Below, piece after piece: positions 1 through 8,565 of a stretch of 24,000 nucleotides of DNA. The translations under genes and the position numbers were made by a program. Source of the stretch: Nitrososphaeria archaeon. Lineage in GTDB: Archaea; Thermoproteota; Nitrososphaeria; Conexivisphaerales; DTJL01. Position 1 is the stretch's first letter. Every line of letters starts with the position of its first letter. The stretch spans positions 1 through 24,000 of the forward strand of contig JARVJU010000003.1 in NCBI GenBank assembly GCA_029775965.1. Direction: 5' to 3'. The notes under the pieces are model-generated. The model made no database searches. It had not been told where the DNA came from and saw only the letters and a list, made by a program, of their open reading frames with translations.

Positions 1-386
1 AAGGATATTGAACCTTTTTCCTGTTTGAACTATTTTAAAACCAAATTGAGGATAAGTAAGTGAAGCTTTTGAACCAACACTTACCTTTAAATCTCAGCCT
101 TCCAACCTTCTTTCCTTTTTTTCTTGAGCTTGGATAATGTCTTGAGATTCCAAAATAGACTGTAAACTTCGTTTTGTAAGACTTGGGAATAAACACCTTT
201 TAGGTTAGGATATTTTTCCTTTAAGGAGAGTAGTTGATGTTCCAATGCGTATTTGTCAGTTTTCTCCTGGTTATTCAAATCATTAAGCATTTGATTGTAA
301 ACAAACCTACATTTATCAAGCATCCATAGCAATTTCTGTTCTTGTTCTTCGTTTGGATATAGCTTGAACTTGTATGTTAGTCGCAA
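1..386 (-). pseudogene. Decayed IS200/IS605-type TnpB (N-terminal part), runs off the left edge
   Basis: ORF 87..386 (MRLTYKFKLYPNEEQEQKLLWMLDKCRFVYNQML...) is a typical TnpB N-terminus. Translating past its stop in other frames restores TnpB-like sequence: LRFKGKCWFKSFTY, then PQFGFKIVQTGKRFNIL. The second shift coincides with an ACTTACTT 4-nt duplication at about positions 53-64. Confidence 0.85.
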
Positions 387-461
387 TTACACTCTTCTCT
401 ATTCTGCTATATGCTTCTGTATTATAGGGGAAACAATATATAAATATTTTATTCGCTTCCA

Positions 462-478
462 TCCCCTTGCCAAGGGGA
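462..478. repeat. Perfect 7-bp hairpin (TCCCCTT-GCC-AAGGGGA), possible left-end structure of the decayed IS200/IS605 element
   Basis: TCCCCTTGCCAAGGGGA read directly; lies about 75 nt upstream of the TnpB remnant start. The link to transposon ends is inferred. Confidence 0.45.
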
Positions 479-563
479 CTTCCCGCTCGCTGTGTTAAAT
501 GTAAGGTTTTGTCGAAAGCCATCTACAAAGCATCTTTTTATTTATCCTTATGCAAAATATAAA

Positions 564-1052
564 ATGATGGGATTGGAGTTCAATCTTGACGAAGCAGTAG
601 AAATGATACGTTCTGATAAAGAAATATTTGTCAGAGTGAATGGATCATTATTCTCCTTGCAGACAATAGGTAGGTCAGAAGAATTTCAGATTGCCTTCTT
701 CTCCTCAAGAGATGAATGCATGCATTTTCTCGACCTAGGGAAAATGGCCAATTCCATCCTTTATGAACTCTGGCCCAAAGCTAGAGTTTTGGTTTCGAGG
801 TATGGTAGATCATTAATGGTCTGGCCCGTAGAATTATCCAAGTTAGGAATGCTGATAAGAAGAATAGGAGCACCATTGACAGGAGTAAAGGTTGAAAAGG
901 AAGTCGAAGCATACGGAGAGGATATATTGCCAAGGGATCTTGCTCTTGTGTCTGTGAAAGGTTATACATTCAGATTACTTGAAAGAGGTGCACTGGGTAT
1001 CCATGACATAGACCTTGCCTTGGCGAGGGGGCTGAGGTTTGAAGGGAGCTAA
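564..1052 (+). CDS. Conserved-looking hypothetical protein, probable start at ATG 564 or 567
   Basis: Long ORF; body starts MMGLEFNLDEAVEMIRSDKEIFVRVNG. The upstream 24 codons of the track ORF look non-native. Overlaps the next gene by 14 nt. Confidence 0.65.
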   Translation: MMGLEFNLDEAVEMIRSDKEIFVRVNGSLFSLQTIGRSEEFQIAFFSSRDECMHFLDLGKMANSILYELWPKARVLVSRYGRSLMVWPVELSKLGMLIRRIGAPLTGVKVEKEVEAYGEDILPRDLALVSVKGYTFRLLERGALGIHDIDLALARGLRFEGS

Positions 1053-1560
1053 TTTCCTTCTGACAACATACAGGGGTAGAGAAGCTGAAGCTGCAAGGGA
1101 GATAAAGGAGCATCTAGCTAGACTTGGTGATCAAGCAAGCAAGACATTTCTTACCGATGTAAATGGAATAGTGCTTGGAAATACTTCCTTGGACCCGTTA
1201 CAGGTTTCTGAAAACCTTGATTCCCTTGCGAAGAATGAGCCATGGAATATGAGACTAGTACTCAGATTCATACCCATCGAAACAGAAGTGGAGACAAGCC
1301 TAGAACAGATTGTTAAAATGGTAAAGCCTTTGCTGAGTAAGATTAAAGCGGATGAAAGCTTTAGGGTAACTGTAGAATCAAGGCATAGCACTCTAGACAA
1401 AAATGATGTTATAAAAAAAATTGCAGCACTCATAGACAATAAGGTCGACTTGGAGAATCCAGACTGGATTGTATTGGTTGAAACTATAGGCAATTGGACA
1501 GGTATATCTGTTCTAGCGCCTGAAAAGATATTTAGCTCTACGAAGAGTAAAAGAAGCTAG
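1039..1560 (+). CDS. THUMP-domain (Tan1-like) protein, putative tRNA modification factor
   Basis: FLLTTYRGREAEAAREI...NEPWNMRLVLRFIPIE...FRVTVESRHSTLDKNDVIKKIA matches THUMP-domain style. Confidence 0.7.
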   Translation: MKGANFLLTTYRGREAEAAREIKEHLARLGDQASKTFLTDVNGIVLGNTSLDPLQVSENLDSLAKNEPWNMRLVLRFIPIETEVETSLEQIVKMVKPLLSKIKADESFRVTVESRHSTLDKNDVIKKIAALIDNKVDLENPDWIVLVETIGNWTGISVLAPEKIFSSTKSKRS

Positions 1561-1711
1561 TTATGATCTAGTAGCAAAGATAAATACCTGTTTCTTGGAA
1601 TATGATGCCTTAGGAAGATAGAAATTTAAGTATTTACAAGTTCCAACTATGAAAAGCTGAACGTTCCTTTTTTATGGCTTTGCTTTGATTGCCTTTGGAT
1701 TTATTTTGCTT

Positions 1712-2749
1712 CTAAAATTTTGTCCATCCACTTTTGATTGCTTCAGAATATGCCGACCAGTATGGGTCCTCTGTAACTGCTACAAGCTTTCTTCCATCTT
1801 TGTCTATTACTGAACCCCTAGCCTTATCTGCTGATACTTTGCCTACCCTGAAGCTTTTTATCCCTTGCTGCTTAAGCTTTTCTTGTAACTTATCTGCATC
1901 ATCTTCTCTACAAGTTATCAAAAGTGAACCACCACTCAAGCTACGCAACGGGTCTATACCAAACATCGAGCATATCTGCTTTGTTTCTTCAGGTATATGT
2001 ATTCCTTGCAGGTCAACCCTCAGCCTTCTACCACAGGCAACAGAAAGTTCGTAAAGTGCTCCTATCACTCCCCCTTCTGTTGCATCATGCATGGATGTTG
2101 CACCATTCTTTGAAGCTAGAATGGCTTCTTTTACAGTAGAACATAGCTGTATATAGTCTATTGCCTTCCGCCACAGCCGCTTGCCTAGCTTTTCCTTCAC
2201 ATAATTTTGGAAGGAGCTAGCAAATATTGCTGTGCTCTCTATTGCGGCCCCTTTTGTCAAAAGTATAGCGTCATCAACCTTTGCGTTCTTTGGTGTCAGA
2301 TACGCATCTTTATCCGCAAACCCAAAGAGAGTAGCAGAGCCTATTATGGTTAGGTCACAGCCAGGATATCTACCTGTGTGGCCTCCAACAATAGCTATTC
2401 CTAGTCTTTTACATTCTTGACTTATAGATCTCACAAATCTCTCTATTTGATCATCTGCAAGAAAAGGTGGCAGATTATAATTCATGATGGCGTATTGAGG
2501 CATTATACCGCTAGTTGTAAAATCAGAAGCAAGATGATGCAGAGAAAGCCAGGCTGACTTTTCTGCTCCTACAAGAGGTATAAGTGATATTGGGTCGGTT
2601 GTGTAAATCAGAACTCTTTTACCATCAACAGACAAAACACCATTATCTAAGCCTATGCCAGGAGGAATGACCATAGAGGCTTTTTTCTTCCCTAGGTTTC
2701 TAAGTATAGTTCTGAATAAACTACCAGAGACCTTACCATACTTTTCCAT
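1712..2749 (-). CDS. AIR-synthase-related (PurM/HypE/ThiL-superfamily) protein
   Basis: GLDNGVLSVDGKRVLIYTTDPI, ...AIVGGHTGRYPG, ...SMHDATEGGVIGALYEL, ...SLSGGSLLIT motifs of the superfamily. Confidence 0.8.
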   Translation of the reverse strand: MEKYGKVSGSLFRTILRNLGKKKASMVIPPGIGLDNGVLSVDGKRVLIYTTDPISLIPLVGAEKSAWLSLHHLASDFTTSGIMPQYAIMNYNLPPFLADDQIERFVRSISQECKRLGIAIVGGHTGRYPGCDLTIIGSATLFGFADKDAYLTPKNAKVDDAILLTKGAAIESTAIFASSFQNYVKEKLGKRLWRKAIDYIQLCSTVKEAILASKNGATSMHDATEGGVIGALYELSVACGRRLRVDLQGIHIPEETKQICSMFGIDPLRSLSGGSLLITCREDDADKLQEKLKQQGIKSFRVGKVSADKARGSVIDKDGRKLVAVTEDPYWSAYSEAIKSGWTKF

Positions 2750-2764
2750 GGCAGAAATGGTTGA

Positions 2765-3352
2765 TTAGCGTGCAGATAAATTCATTGAAAGTCCTAATCT
2801 CTTGAAAGCTGGAGCGCTTGCCTTTATTATTGCTATTGCTATGGGCACATATGCCAAGTCAACTAGAGTGAATATATCAGGAAAGGCAGACCAGAACCCT
2901 TCAGCCAAGCTTGTAGGCTGACCGTATCCAAAAAGACCATAGGTGTAGAATGCCCAGTCTGGTATAAGAAATGCTATTGTTTCATAAACAGTAGCAATAA
3001 TCATAGCTATTGAGATCATCTTCCAGCTCTTGTTTCTTGCCCATCCAACTATAAGAGCCTCTGGTGCTCTGGCCCAGAGCATTCCAAAAGGATAGATGGG
3101 CGAGCCGCCCGGCCTTGTCAGTATGTTAAATGTCTCGCCAAGGAACGACCCAATTCCTGTTGCTATGAAAGCAGGCCATGGTCCTGCTAGTACGCTGAAT
3201 GCCATATAAATAGGGGGAGACCATGTAATCTCATAAAGTGGAGGAGGAAGCGGTATCACAGCTATTGTAGACACTGTGATCAGTGCTGCAAAGACAGATA
3301 TGAGAGATATCTTTACACTTCTCTTCGGAGACTTTATCTCTTCGCTCTTCAT
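2765..3352 (-). CDS. ECF-transporter S-component-like membrane protein
   Basis: Multi-helix hydrophobic ORF with AFSVLAGPWPAFIATGIGSFLGE... pattern; 15-nt gap to the AIR-synthase-like gene on the same strand. Confidence 0.6.
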   Translation of the reverse strand: MKSEEIKSPKRSVKISLISVFAALITVSTIAVIPLPPPLYEITWSPPIYMAFSVLAGPWPAFIATGIGSFLGETFNILTRPGGSPIYPFGMLWARAPEALIVGWARNKSWKMISIAMIIATVYETIAFLIPDWAFYTYGLFGYGQPTSLAEGFWSAFPDIFTLVDLAYVPIAIAIIKASAPAFKRLGLSMNLSAR

Positions 3353-3410
3353 AATTTAGATTTACCCCATCCAGCATATAAATCATATAATAAGTCACTT
3401 ATTTTCTTTG

Positions 3411-5045
3411 CTATAATTGCTTTGATACGTATGGGCCATCATCCTTGTAGCCCTGTCTTCTGTAGTACTCCTTCGTTCCAGTTGCTGCTATGACAAGTTG
3501 CTTCTTCAACCCGAACTCATCTCTAGATATTCTTTCGGCTTCGGCCAGCAAACTTTTACCAAGTCCTTTATGCTGTGCCTGTTCTCTAGCTTCAGGTTGC
3601 TTGCTGATAGGTACAACCTGGCCAAAGATATGCAGTTCTCTGACCAGAGAAGTCTCTGAACCTTTTATCTCAGGTCTATGTTCTTTGCCTGAAGGGATCC
3701 TCAGACGAAGGAATCCGAACAGAGAATCTGTTTCTGTATCTTCAAACGACAGAAATATCTCTCTCCCTTCTGAGGCTTCGTAATCAATCCTTTTCAGTTT
3801 AGCCTCCTCAACCCTTGGAATAACATCTATCTCTCCGCTTGCAAGTTTATGGCCTATTTCCCTGCACCTTATGCATCTGCATCTAATACCTCTTTCCATC
3901 ATCCGCATCTTTATCAACTGTCTTAGATTTCCGGCTTTTGTTCCCTCTACTATCTCTTGCTTGGGAATTTCCCTCTGTATCCTCATTATCCTTAGCCATG
4001 GAGGAACTTTGCTTTTGAATCTGCATAGAATATCTATAAGCTCCTCTTCGCTGTAGGGTGCGTACTTGCCTATCTTGTAAAGGTTGTAGAGAGCTGTCCC
4101 CTCGACTACAAGGGTAGGGTAGATCTTAAGCATATCCGGCCTGTACTTCGGGTCATCTATCAGGCTCATCAGGTCATCAATGTCTGTTTCCGGGGTTGCT
4201 AACGGAAGCCTTGGCATCATATGTGCAACAACCTTGAATGAAGAATCCTTCGCTATCCTGAAAGCCTGCACTGTATCCTCTAGGGTGTGGCCTCGGTTGA
4301 CAAATCTAAGGATATCTTCCCTCAGAGATTGCACTCCTATTTCAACTCTAGTCGCACCGTAGGACAGGAGCATATCTATATGATACTCTTTGCACCAGTC
4401 AGGTTTTGTTTCGATTGTCAATCCAACACATCTATGCAAAGCATTTTCATTATCTTTTATAGCCTGAGCAATGTCTTTTGCGCTTTTTCCGTTGAGTGTT
4501 TCATAACATCTTTTTATGAAATCTATCTGGTAATCCTGAGGCATTGCAAGGACAGTCCCACCAAGTACAATGAGCTCTATCTTGCTTACATCATGACCAT
4601 TATTCTTCAGGTTTGATATGTAATCCCTAACCTGGAGAGCAGGGTCATAGTTTCTTTCCAAACCGAATGCAGCAGCAGGGGAGTTACGCGTATAACTTTG
4701 AGGAGTGCCAAACCTCACTCCTCCAGGGCAGTATATACATGTACCATGAGGACAGCTGAAAGGCTTAGTTATCACAGTTATCACAGCAATTCCAGACCTC
4801 GTTCTGACCGACTTTCTTCTTAAAAGATATTCTAGACGCTCCGCAACGCTTGTGTCAAGGCTACTTAAAATTTCAGAGTTCTTCGGGATCTTTGTGAGAT
4901 TGTACTTTTTACAGACAGCTAACTTTTCATTCCTCAGAGTTTTTTGGTCAAGAAGCAGTGATGAATCTAGATGATTCTTAAGCTTCTCTCCTATCTCTTT
5001 TATCGCAAGTTCGTAGTTTGGGTTGCTAGCTTTCTGCAAAGGCAA
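3411..5045 (-). CDS. elp3: Elp3-family tRNA U34 carboxymethyltransferase (radical SAM + GNAT)
   Basis: KPFSCPHGTCIYCPGG radical-SAM Cys motif, THTPQSYTRNSPAAA-like segment, VEIGVQS, and C-terminal GLGKSLLAEAERISRDEFG acetyltransferase motif. Confidence 0.95.
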   Translation of the reverse strand: MPLQKASNPNYELAIKEIGEKLKNHLDSSLLLDQKTLRNEKLAVCKKYNLTKIPKNSEILSSLDTSVAERLEYLLRRKSVRTRSGIAVITVITKPFSCPHGTCIYCPGGVRFGTPQSYTRNSPAAAFGLERNYDPALQVRDYISNLKNNGHDVSKIELIVLGGTVLAMPQDYQIDFIKRCYETLNGKSAKDIAQAIKDNENALHRCVGLTIETKPDWCKEYHIDMLLSYGATRVEIGVQSLREDILRFVNRGHTLEDTVQAFRIAKDSSFKVVAHMMPRLPLATPETDIDDLMSLIDDPKYRPDMLKIYPTLVVEGTALYNLYKIGKYAPYSEEELIDILCRFKSKVPPWLRIMRIQREIPKQEIVEGTKAGNLRQLIKMRMMERGIRCRCIRCREIGHKLASGEIDVIPRVEEAKLKRIDYEASEGREIFLSFEDTETDSLFGFLRLRIPSGKEHRPEIKGSETSLVRELHIFGQVVPISKQPEAREQAQHKGLGKSLLAEAERISRDEFGLKKQLVIAATGTKEYYRRQGYKDDGPYVSKQL

Positions 5046-5254
5046 GGAGTACTAGAAATGCCCGCATTTAACTTAACCTATTCACCAAACCGAATTGAGA
5101 AAGTGAATTTAACTTTTTGATCCATTGCATAACCATAGTCCAAAATTGTTCTCGTTTCTTAACTTTTCTGACTGTATTTTTTCCATATTCCATAGGTTGG
5201 ACAGCAGCTCCCAAATAGATAGATTGTTATAGACGTTCATTGATATTTATTTTA

Positions 5255-5897
5255 ATGAGTGTGGAGAAGCATTATACAATGAAGGAAGCCGGTAGAATTC
5301 TTGGTGTTAGCGTTAGACGGCTTCAAATTTGGGATAAGCGAGAATTAATTAGGTGTGTTAGGATGCTTGGGGGTAGGAGGAGAGTAACTGAAAGTGAGAT
5401 AAAACGTCTTCTTGGGGTAAAAGAAGTTGATGTAAGTCGTAAAGTCGTAATATATGCTAGAGTCTCTTCCTATGATCAGAAACAGAAGAGAGATTTAGGA
5501 AGGCAAAAACAAAGCTTACTGGACTATGCTGATTCTAAAGGTTATGAAGTAGTAGCAGTTCTTGAGTATGCTGCCAGCAATCTTAACGAGAATAGAAAGT
5601 CTCTGAATAAGCTTTTCGATATTGTTGAAAGGAAGGAAATTGGTGCAGTTATCCTTAGGTTTAAGGATAGGCTCACAAGGTTTGTCTTTAAATATCTGAA
5701 AAGATATTTCTCCTCTCATAGTGTTAGGATCGAAGTTATCAATGGTTATGAGCCTAAAGATGCTTATCAGGAGCATGTTGAGGACTTGACTTGACTTGAT
5801 TGCATTACTCTCAAGCTTTGCAGGAAAGCTCTATGGTTTGAGAAGCCAAAGATATGAAAATGTGATGGAAGTTGTTAAAAAGCTTATTGTTGAATGA
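5255..5897 (+). pseudogene. tnpA: IS607 TnpA serine recombinase, frameshifted near the C-terminus
   Basis: MSVEKHYTMKEAGRILGVSVRRLQIWDKRE (HTH) and KVVIYARVSSYDQK ... RFKDRLTRF ... IEVINGYEPKDAYQEHVEDL, then premature TGA at 5792-5794. Another frame from 5799 continues IALLSSFAGKLYGLRSQRYENVMEVVKKLIVE to a stop at 5895-5897. Confidence 0.85.
5785..5799 (+). repeat. (CTTGA)x3 tandem repeat causing the tnpA frameshift
   Basis: gaggaCTTGACTTGACTTGAttgcattactc; removing two units (10 nt) restores EDLIALLSSFAGK. Confidence 0.9.
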
Positions 5898-7053
5898 GAC
5901 ATGCAGATTTAAGCTTGAACCACAAGCAGAAAATCTAGCTATATTGGATGAACTTTTCAAAAACTATTGTAAGATGGTTAAAGAATGCTTGAAAGCAATG
6001 CATCTGAACATAACTTCCCGTAAGAGACTTCATGAAGCAATATACAAGGAGTTGAGGACAGAATATCCAGACTATCCATCACATTACGTTTATACAGCTA
6101 TAACACAGGCTTTAGGAATCTTCAAATCTTATAGAAGGCTTTCAAGAAACAGGAAGAACAATAAACCACCAAGTATAAATGGCTCAATAACTATTCTCTT
6201 AGATGATACACATCTATTCTGGTTTAGCTGGGGAAACATAAAGTTAGCTACACATAAAGGACATATCATAGTTCCGTTTAAAATCCACGAACATGCAAAG
6301 TTTTATGATTGGAGTGTTAAAGGCTCCAGGCTAGTAAGGTCAAATGATGAATACTATCTTCACGTTTCTTTCAGAAAAGAAATCATTGAAGAGGAGCCTT
6401 TAGGCTTAATAGGAATAGATATCAACGAAAAAAGCATAGACTTAGCAATAGTTAAGCCAGATAAAGTTAGATTCATTAAGGTGGACATAAGCGAAGTGAA
6501 ATACATTAGATACAGATACTATAGAAAGCGAAAGAGCATTCAAGCTAAAACTTCAGGGGAAAAGAGGAAAAGGCTGTTATCGAAGTATTCTGGAAGGGAA
6601 AGAGAGAGAGTTGATGCGATACTTCACAAAGCTTCAAAGGTTATTGCTGAAATCATTGAGGAAGAGCATGTTAAGCCTGTGATGGAGAAACTGAAAAACA
6701 TCAGGGATAAGATAGACTATGGTAGGAAGATGAACAGGAGGCTTCACGCCATGCCGTTCAGAAAAATTCAGTCTTATATTTCCTATAAAGCTATGGAGCG
6801 AGGGTTTAATTCTGAAATGGTTGATGCTAAGAACACTTCCAGAAGATGCCCGATATGTGGCGAATTGAATAAGCCGAATGGGCATGTCTTCAAGTGTAGA
6901 AGATGCTACTTCCAAGCTGACAGGCATCTTGTTGCTGCCTGGAACATAGCAATGAAACGTTCAATGTGGGGTGCTTTACCGTTGCCCCCGAAAGCCCTTG
7001 ATGAACCTCTAATAATAGAGGTAAAAGGGAAGGGAAGGGATGAAAGCCTATGA
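5872..7053 (+). CDS. tnpB: TnpB, IS607-associated RNA-guided nuclease family; exact start uncertain
   Basis: RuvC-like LIGIDINEKSIDLAIV (Asp), PVMEKLKNIRDKIDYGRKMNRRLHAMPFRKIQSYI (Glu), CPICGELNKPNGHVFKCRRC zinc ribbon, and ADRHLVAAWNIA (Asp). Confidence 0.93.
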   Translation: MLKSLLLNETCRFKLEPQAENLAILDELFKNYCKMVKECLKAMHLNITSRKRLHEAIYKELRTEYPDYPSHYVYTAITQALGIFKSYRRLSRNRKNNKPPSINGSITILLDDTHLFWFSWGNIKLATHKGHIIVPFKIHEHAKFYDWSVKGSRLVRSNDEYYLHVSFRKEIIEEEPLGLIGIDINEKSIDLAIVKPDKVRFIKVDISEVKYIRYRYYRKRKSIQAKTSGEKRKRLLSKYSGRERERVDAILHKASKVIAEIIEEEHVKPVMEKLKNIRDKIDYGRKMNRRLHAMPFRKIQSYISYKAMERGFNSEMVDAKNTSRRCPICGELNKPNGHVFKCRRCYFQADRHLVAAWNIAMKRSMWGALPLPPKALDEPLIIEVKGKGRDESL

Positions 7054-7135
7054 ATCCCACAACGGTTTAGAATCCTTTGCTCTATCACCTATTATATGGC
7101 AAAAGATTAATTTATGATCTTTCCCAGTAGAAGGG

Positions 7136-7579
7136 ATGACGGAAGCAAACAGTATCTTATCTAACCTGAAGGTAATCGGTGCAATAGCTGTTATAGCTAT
7201 CGTAGGAGGTTTAGCAGTATACGGTGGCACAATCCTTGCTCAGAACATTCAGGGAACTCCAGTAAGGTCTGTCCCAGAGTCCATCAAGATAGTACATGTC
7301 AGCATTGTTCCAGGTGCTGCTACAAATACGAATCTAGCGGGATACTCGCCCGATGTAATAACAGTGGTAATAGGTGTAAACAATACAGTTACATGGACAA
7401 ATAATGACTCTTATCCGCATACAGTCACGGCAGTAAATGGCGCATTTGCCTCAGGTAATATGAATCCAGGCGCTAGTTATACATATACATTCAGTACTCC
7501 GGGCGTATACAACTATACCTGCAGCTATCATTACTGGATGCATGGTGAAGTCATAGTAAAGCAAGCAACAGCTGCCTGA
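7136..7579 (+). CDS. Membrane-anchored cupredoxin (plastocyanin/amicyanin-like blue copper protein)
   Basis: N-terminal TM/signal, then VTWTNNDSYPHTVTAVNG and STPGVYNYTCSYHYWMHGEVIV (His, Cys, His, Met ligand pattern). Confidence 0.9.
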   Translation: MTEANSILSNLKVIGAIAVIAIVGGLAVYGGTILAQNIQGTPVRSVPESIKIVHVSIVPGAATNTNLAGYSPDVITVVIGVNNTVTWTNNDSYPHTVTAVNGAFASGNMNPGASYTYTFSTPGVYNYTCSYHYWMHGEVIVKQATAA

Positions 7580-7629
7580 CTCAAGCTAGTATGAGTCTGG
7601 AATAAAAAAATAAAGTGAATGATTCATCG

Positions 7630-8256
7630 TTAACCGTAACCATAGCCGTAACCGCTACTGCTTGATGAACTGCTAGAGCTCACTCCTGGCTGTACAACAC
7701 CTACTGTTATAGTACCCGGGTTGTTCGGCAGTCCCCACCAGTCGCCAGTTAAGACCCAGTGTCCCCCTGTATATGCATAGTCCAGTTCATAAGGCAATTT
7801 GAGAGTAACTGTACCATTTCCAAGCAGATACCATACAATGGCTGTAACTTTTGCAGATGTAGTACCACTAAACACTAAAGAGTAGTCAGTAACTATGTAA
7901 TATACAGTGGTGGTATGGGAGAAGAAGGCTTGCCATGTAGCACTTATTGAGCTTGCTGTCGTGTAGGTCCCATTAAGCGCGCTACCTTTTACATACCAGT
8001 ATAGGACAGAGTTAGAGCCATACTGAGATAATGTTGCGCTGAGGTTCTTTTGACCGATAGCTGCCCAGTGCTCATAGGCTAGAGCTGTAACGGTATCACT
8101 TGGCGTAGCAACAGGAGTAGTAGAGCTTGAAGAAGTGGATGTTGTGAGTTTAGAGATGTACAGACCGAATCCAACTGCTGCTATTACTATAAGAACTACA
8201 ACAACAGCTGCAAAAACTGTGTTGGCTACACCTCTAGATCTTTTGTATAGATGCAT
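7630..8256 (-). CDS. Exported/membrane-anchored protein with possible NTF2-like domain and Ser/Tyr-Gly C-terminal tail
   Basis: N-terminal TM helix (VANTVFAAVVVVLIVIAAVGFGLYI), Ser/Thr linker, ALAYEHWAAIGQKNLSATLSQYGSNSVLYW...HWVLTGDWW core, and SSSSSSSSSGYGYGYG tail. Confidence 0.6.
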   Translation of the reverse strand: MHLYKRSRGVANTVFAAVVVVLIVIAAVGFGLYISKLTTSTSSSSTTPVATPSDTVTALAYEHWAAIGQKNLSATLSQYGSNSVLYWYVKGSALNGTYTTASSISATWQAFFSHTTTVYYIVTDYSLVFSGTTSAKVTAIVWYLLGNGTVTLKLPYELDYAYTGGHWVLTGDWWGLPNNPGTITVGVVQPGVSSSSSSSSSGYGYGYG

Positions 8257-8441
8257 TTGGCAAAAAGTAGAATATGTTGTATAATAATCTTTCTCACAAT
8301 TTATCCAAAATGTAAGATATTAATATCGAGCTCTGAGTAGCAATACAAATTTATTTCGCTAAGAAATATGCTTATCTCATGGCAATTCATCTTTCACAGA
8401 TGAGATATATTCCGAAAGTAAAGGATGCTTTTTAACTGCAA

Positions 8442-8531
8442 TGGGCGTGGGAGGATTCGAACCTCCGATTCCCGCTGTCTTCCCGGCACTGCCTGTGAGA
8501 GCGGTGTCTTAGACCACTGGACCACACGCCC
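8442..8531 (-). tRNA. tRNA-Val(CAC) with a 16-nt intron after the anticodon
   Basis: Reverse complement GGGCGTGTGGTCCAGTGGTCTAAGACACCGCTCTCACA[ggcagtgccgggaaga]CAGCGGGAATCGGAGGTTCGAATCCTCCCACGCCCA. Removing the bracketed 16 nt gives acceptor 7 bp, anticodon arm CCGCT-CTCACAC-AGCGG and T arm GGAGG-TTCGAAT-CCTCC. Confidence 0.9.
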
Positions 8532-8565
8532 TTGCCAGGTCTGTTTAGAAAAGCACATATGAACC

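Larger units (their letters stand above)
5200..7090 (+). mobile_element. IS607-family element (tnpA serine recombinase + tnpB); ends approximate
   Basis: Adjacent MerR-HTH/serine resolvase and TnpB in the same orientation. IS607 lacks terminal inverted repeats and target duplications, so the ends are estimates. Confidence 0.85.

Noticed and set aside
316-522. 68-aa minus-strand ORF across the left hairpin
   Set aside because: Overlaps the TnpB remnant start and the hairpin; no recognisable domain.
1131-1493. Minus-strand 120-aa ORF inside the THUMP gene
   Set aside because: Antisense shadow of a better supported coding sequence; composition is not protein-like.
5200-7090. Terminal inverted repeats or target duplication for the IS607 element
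   Set aside because: None seen, and none expected for IS607 serine-recombinase elements; boundaries left approximate.
6634-7230. Minus-strand ORFs over the tnpB 3' end and cupredoxin start
   Set aside because: Shadows of tnpB and cupredoxin coding sequence.
8316-8327. Palindrome GATATTAATATC
   Set aside because: AT-rich and located in a promoter-like intergenic region; likely chance or TATA-related, no supporting context.
8374-8406. ATCTCAT ... ATGAGAT inverted repeat downstream of tRNA-Val
   Set aside because: 7-bp arms with a 19-nt loop and no T-tract; too weak to call a terminator.
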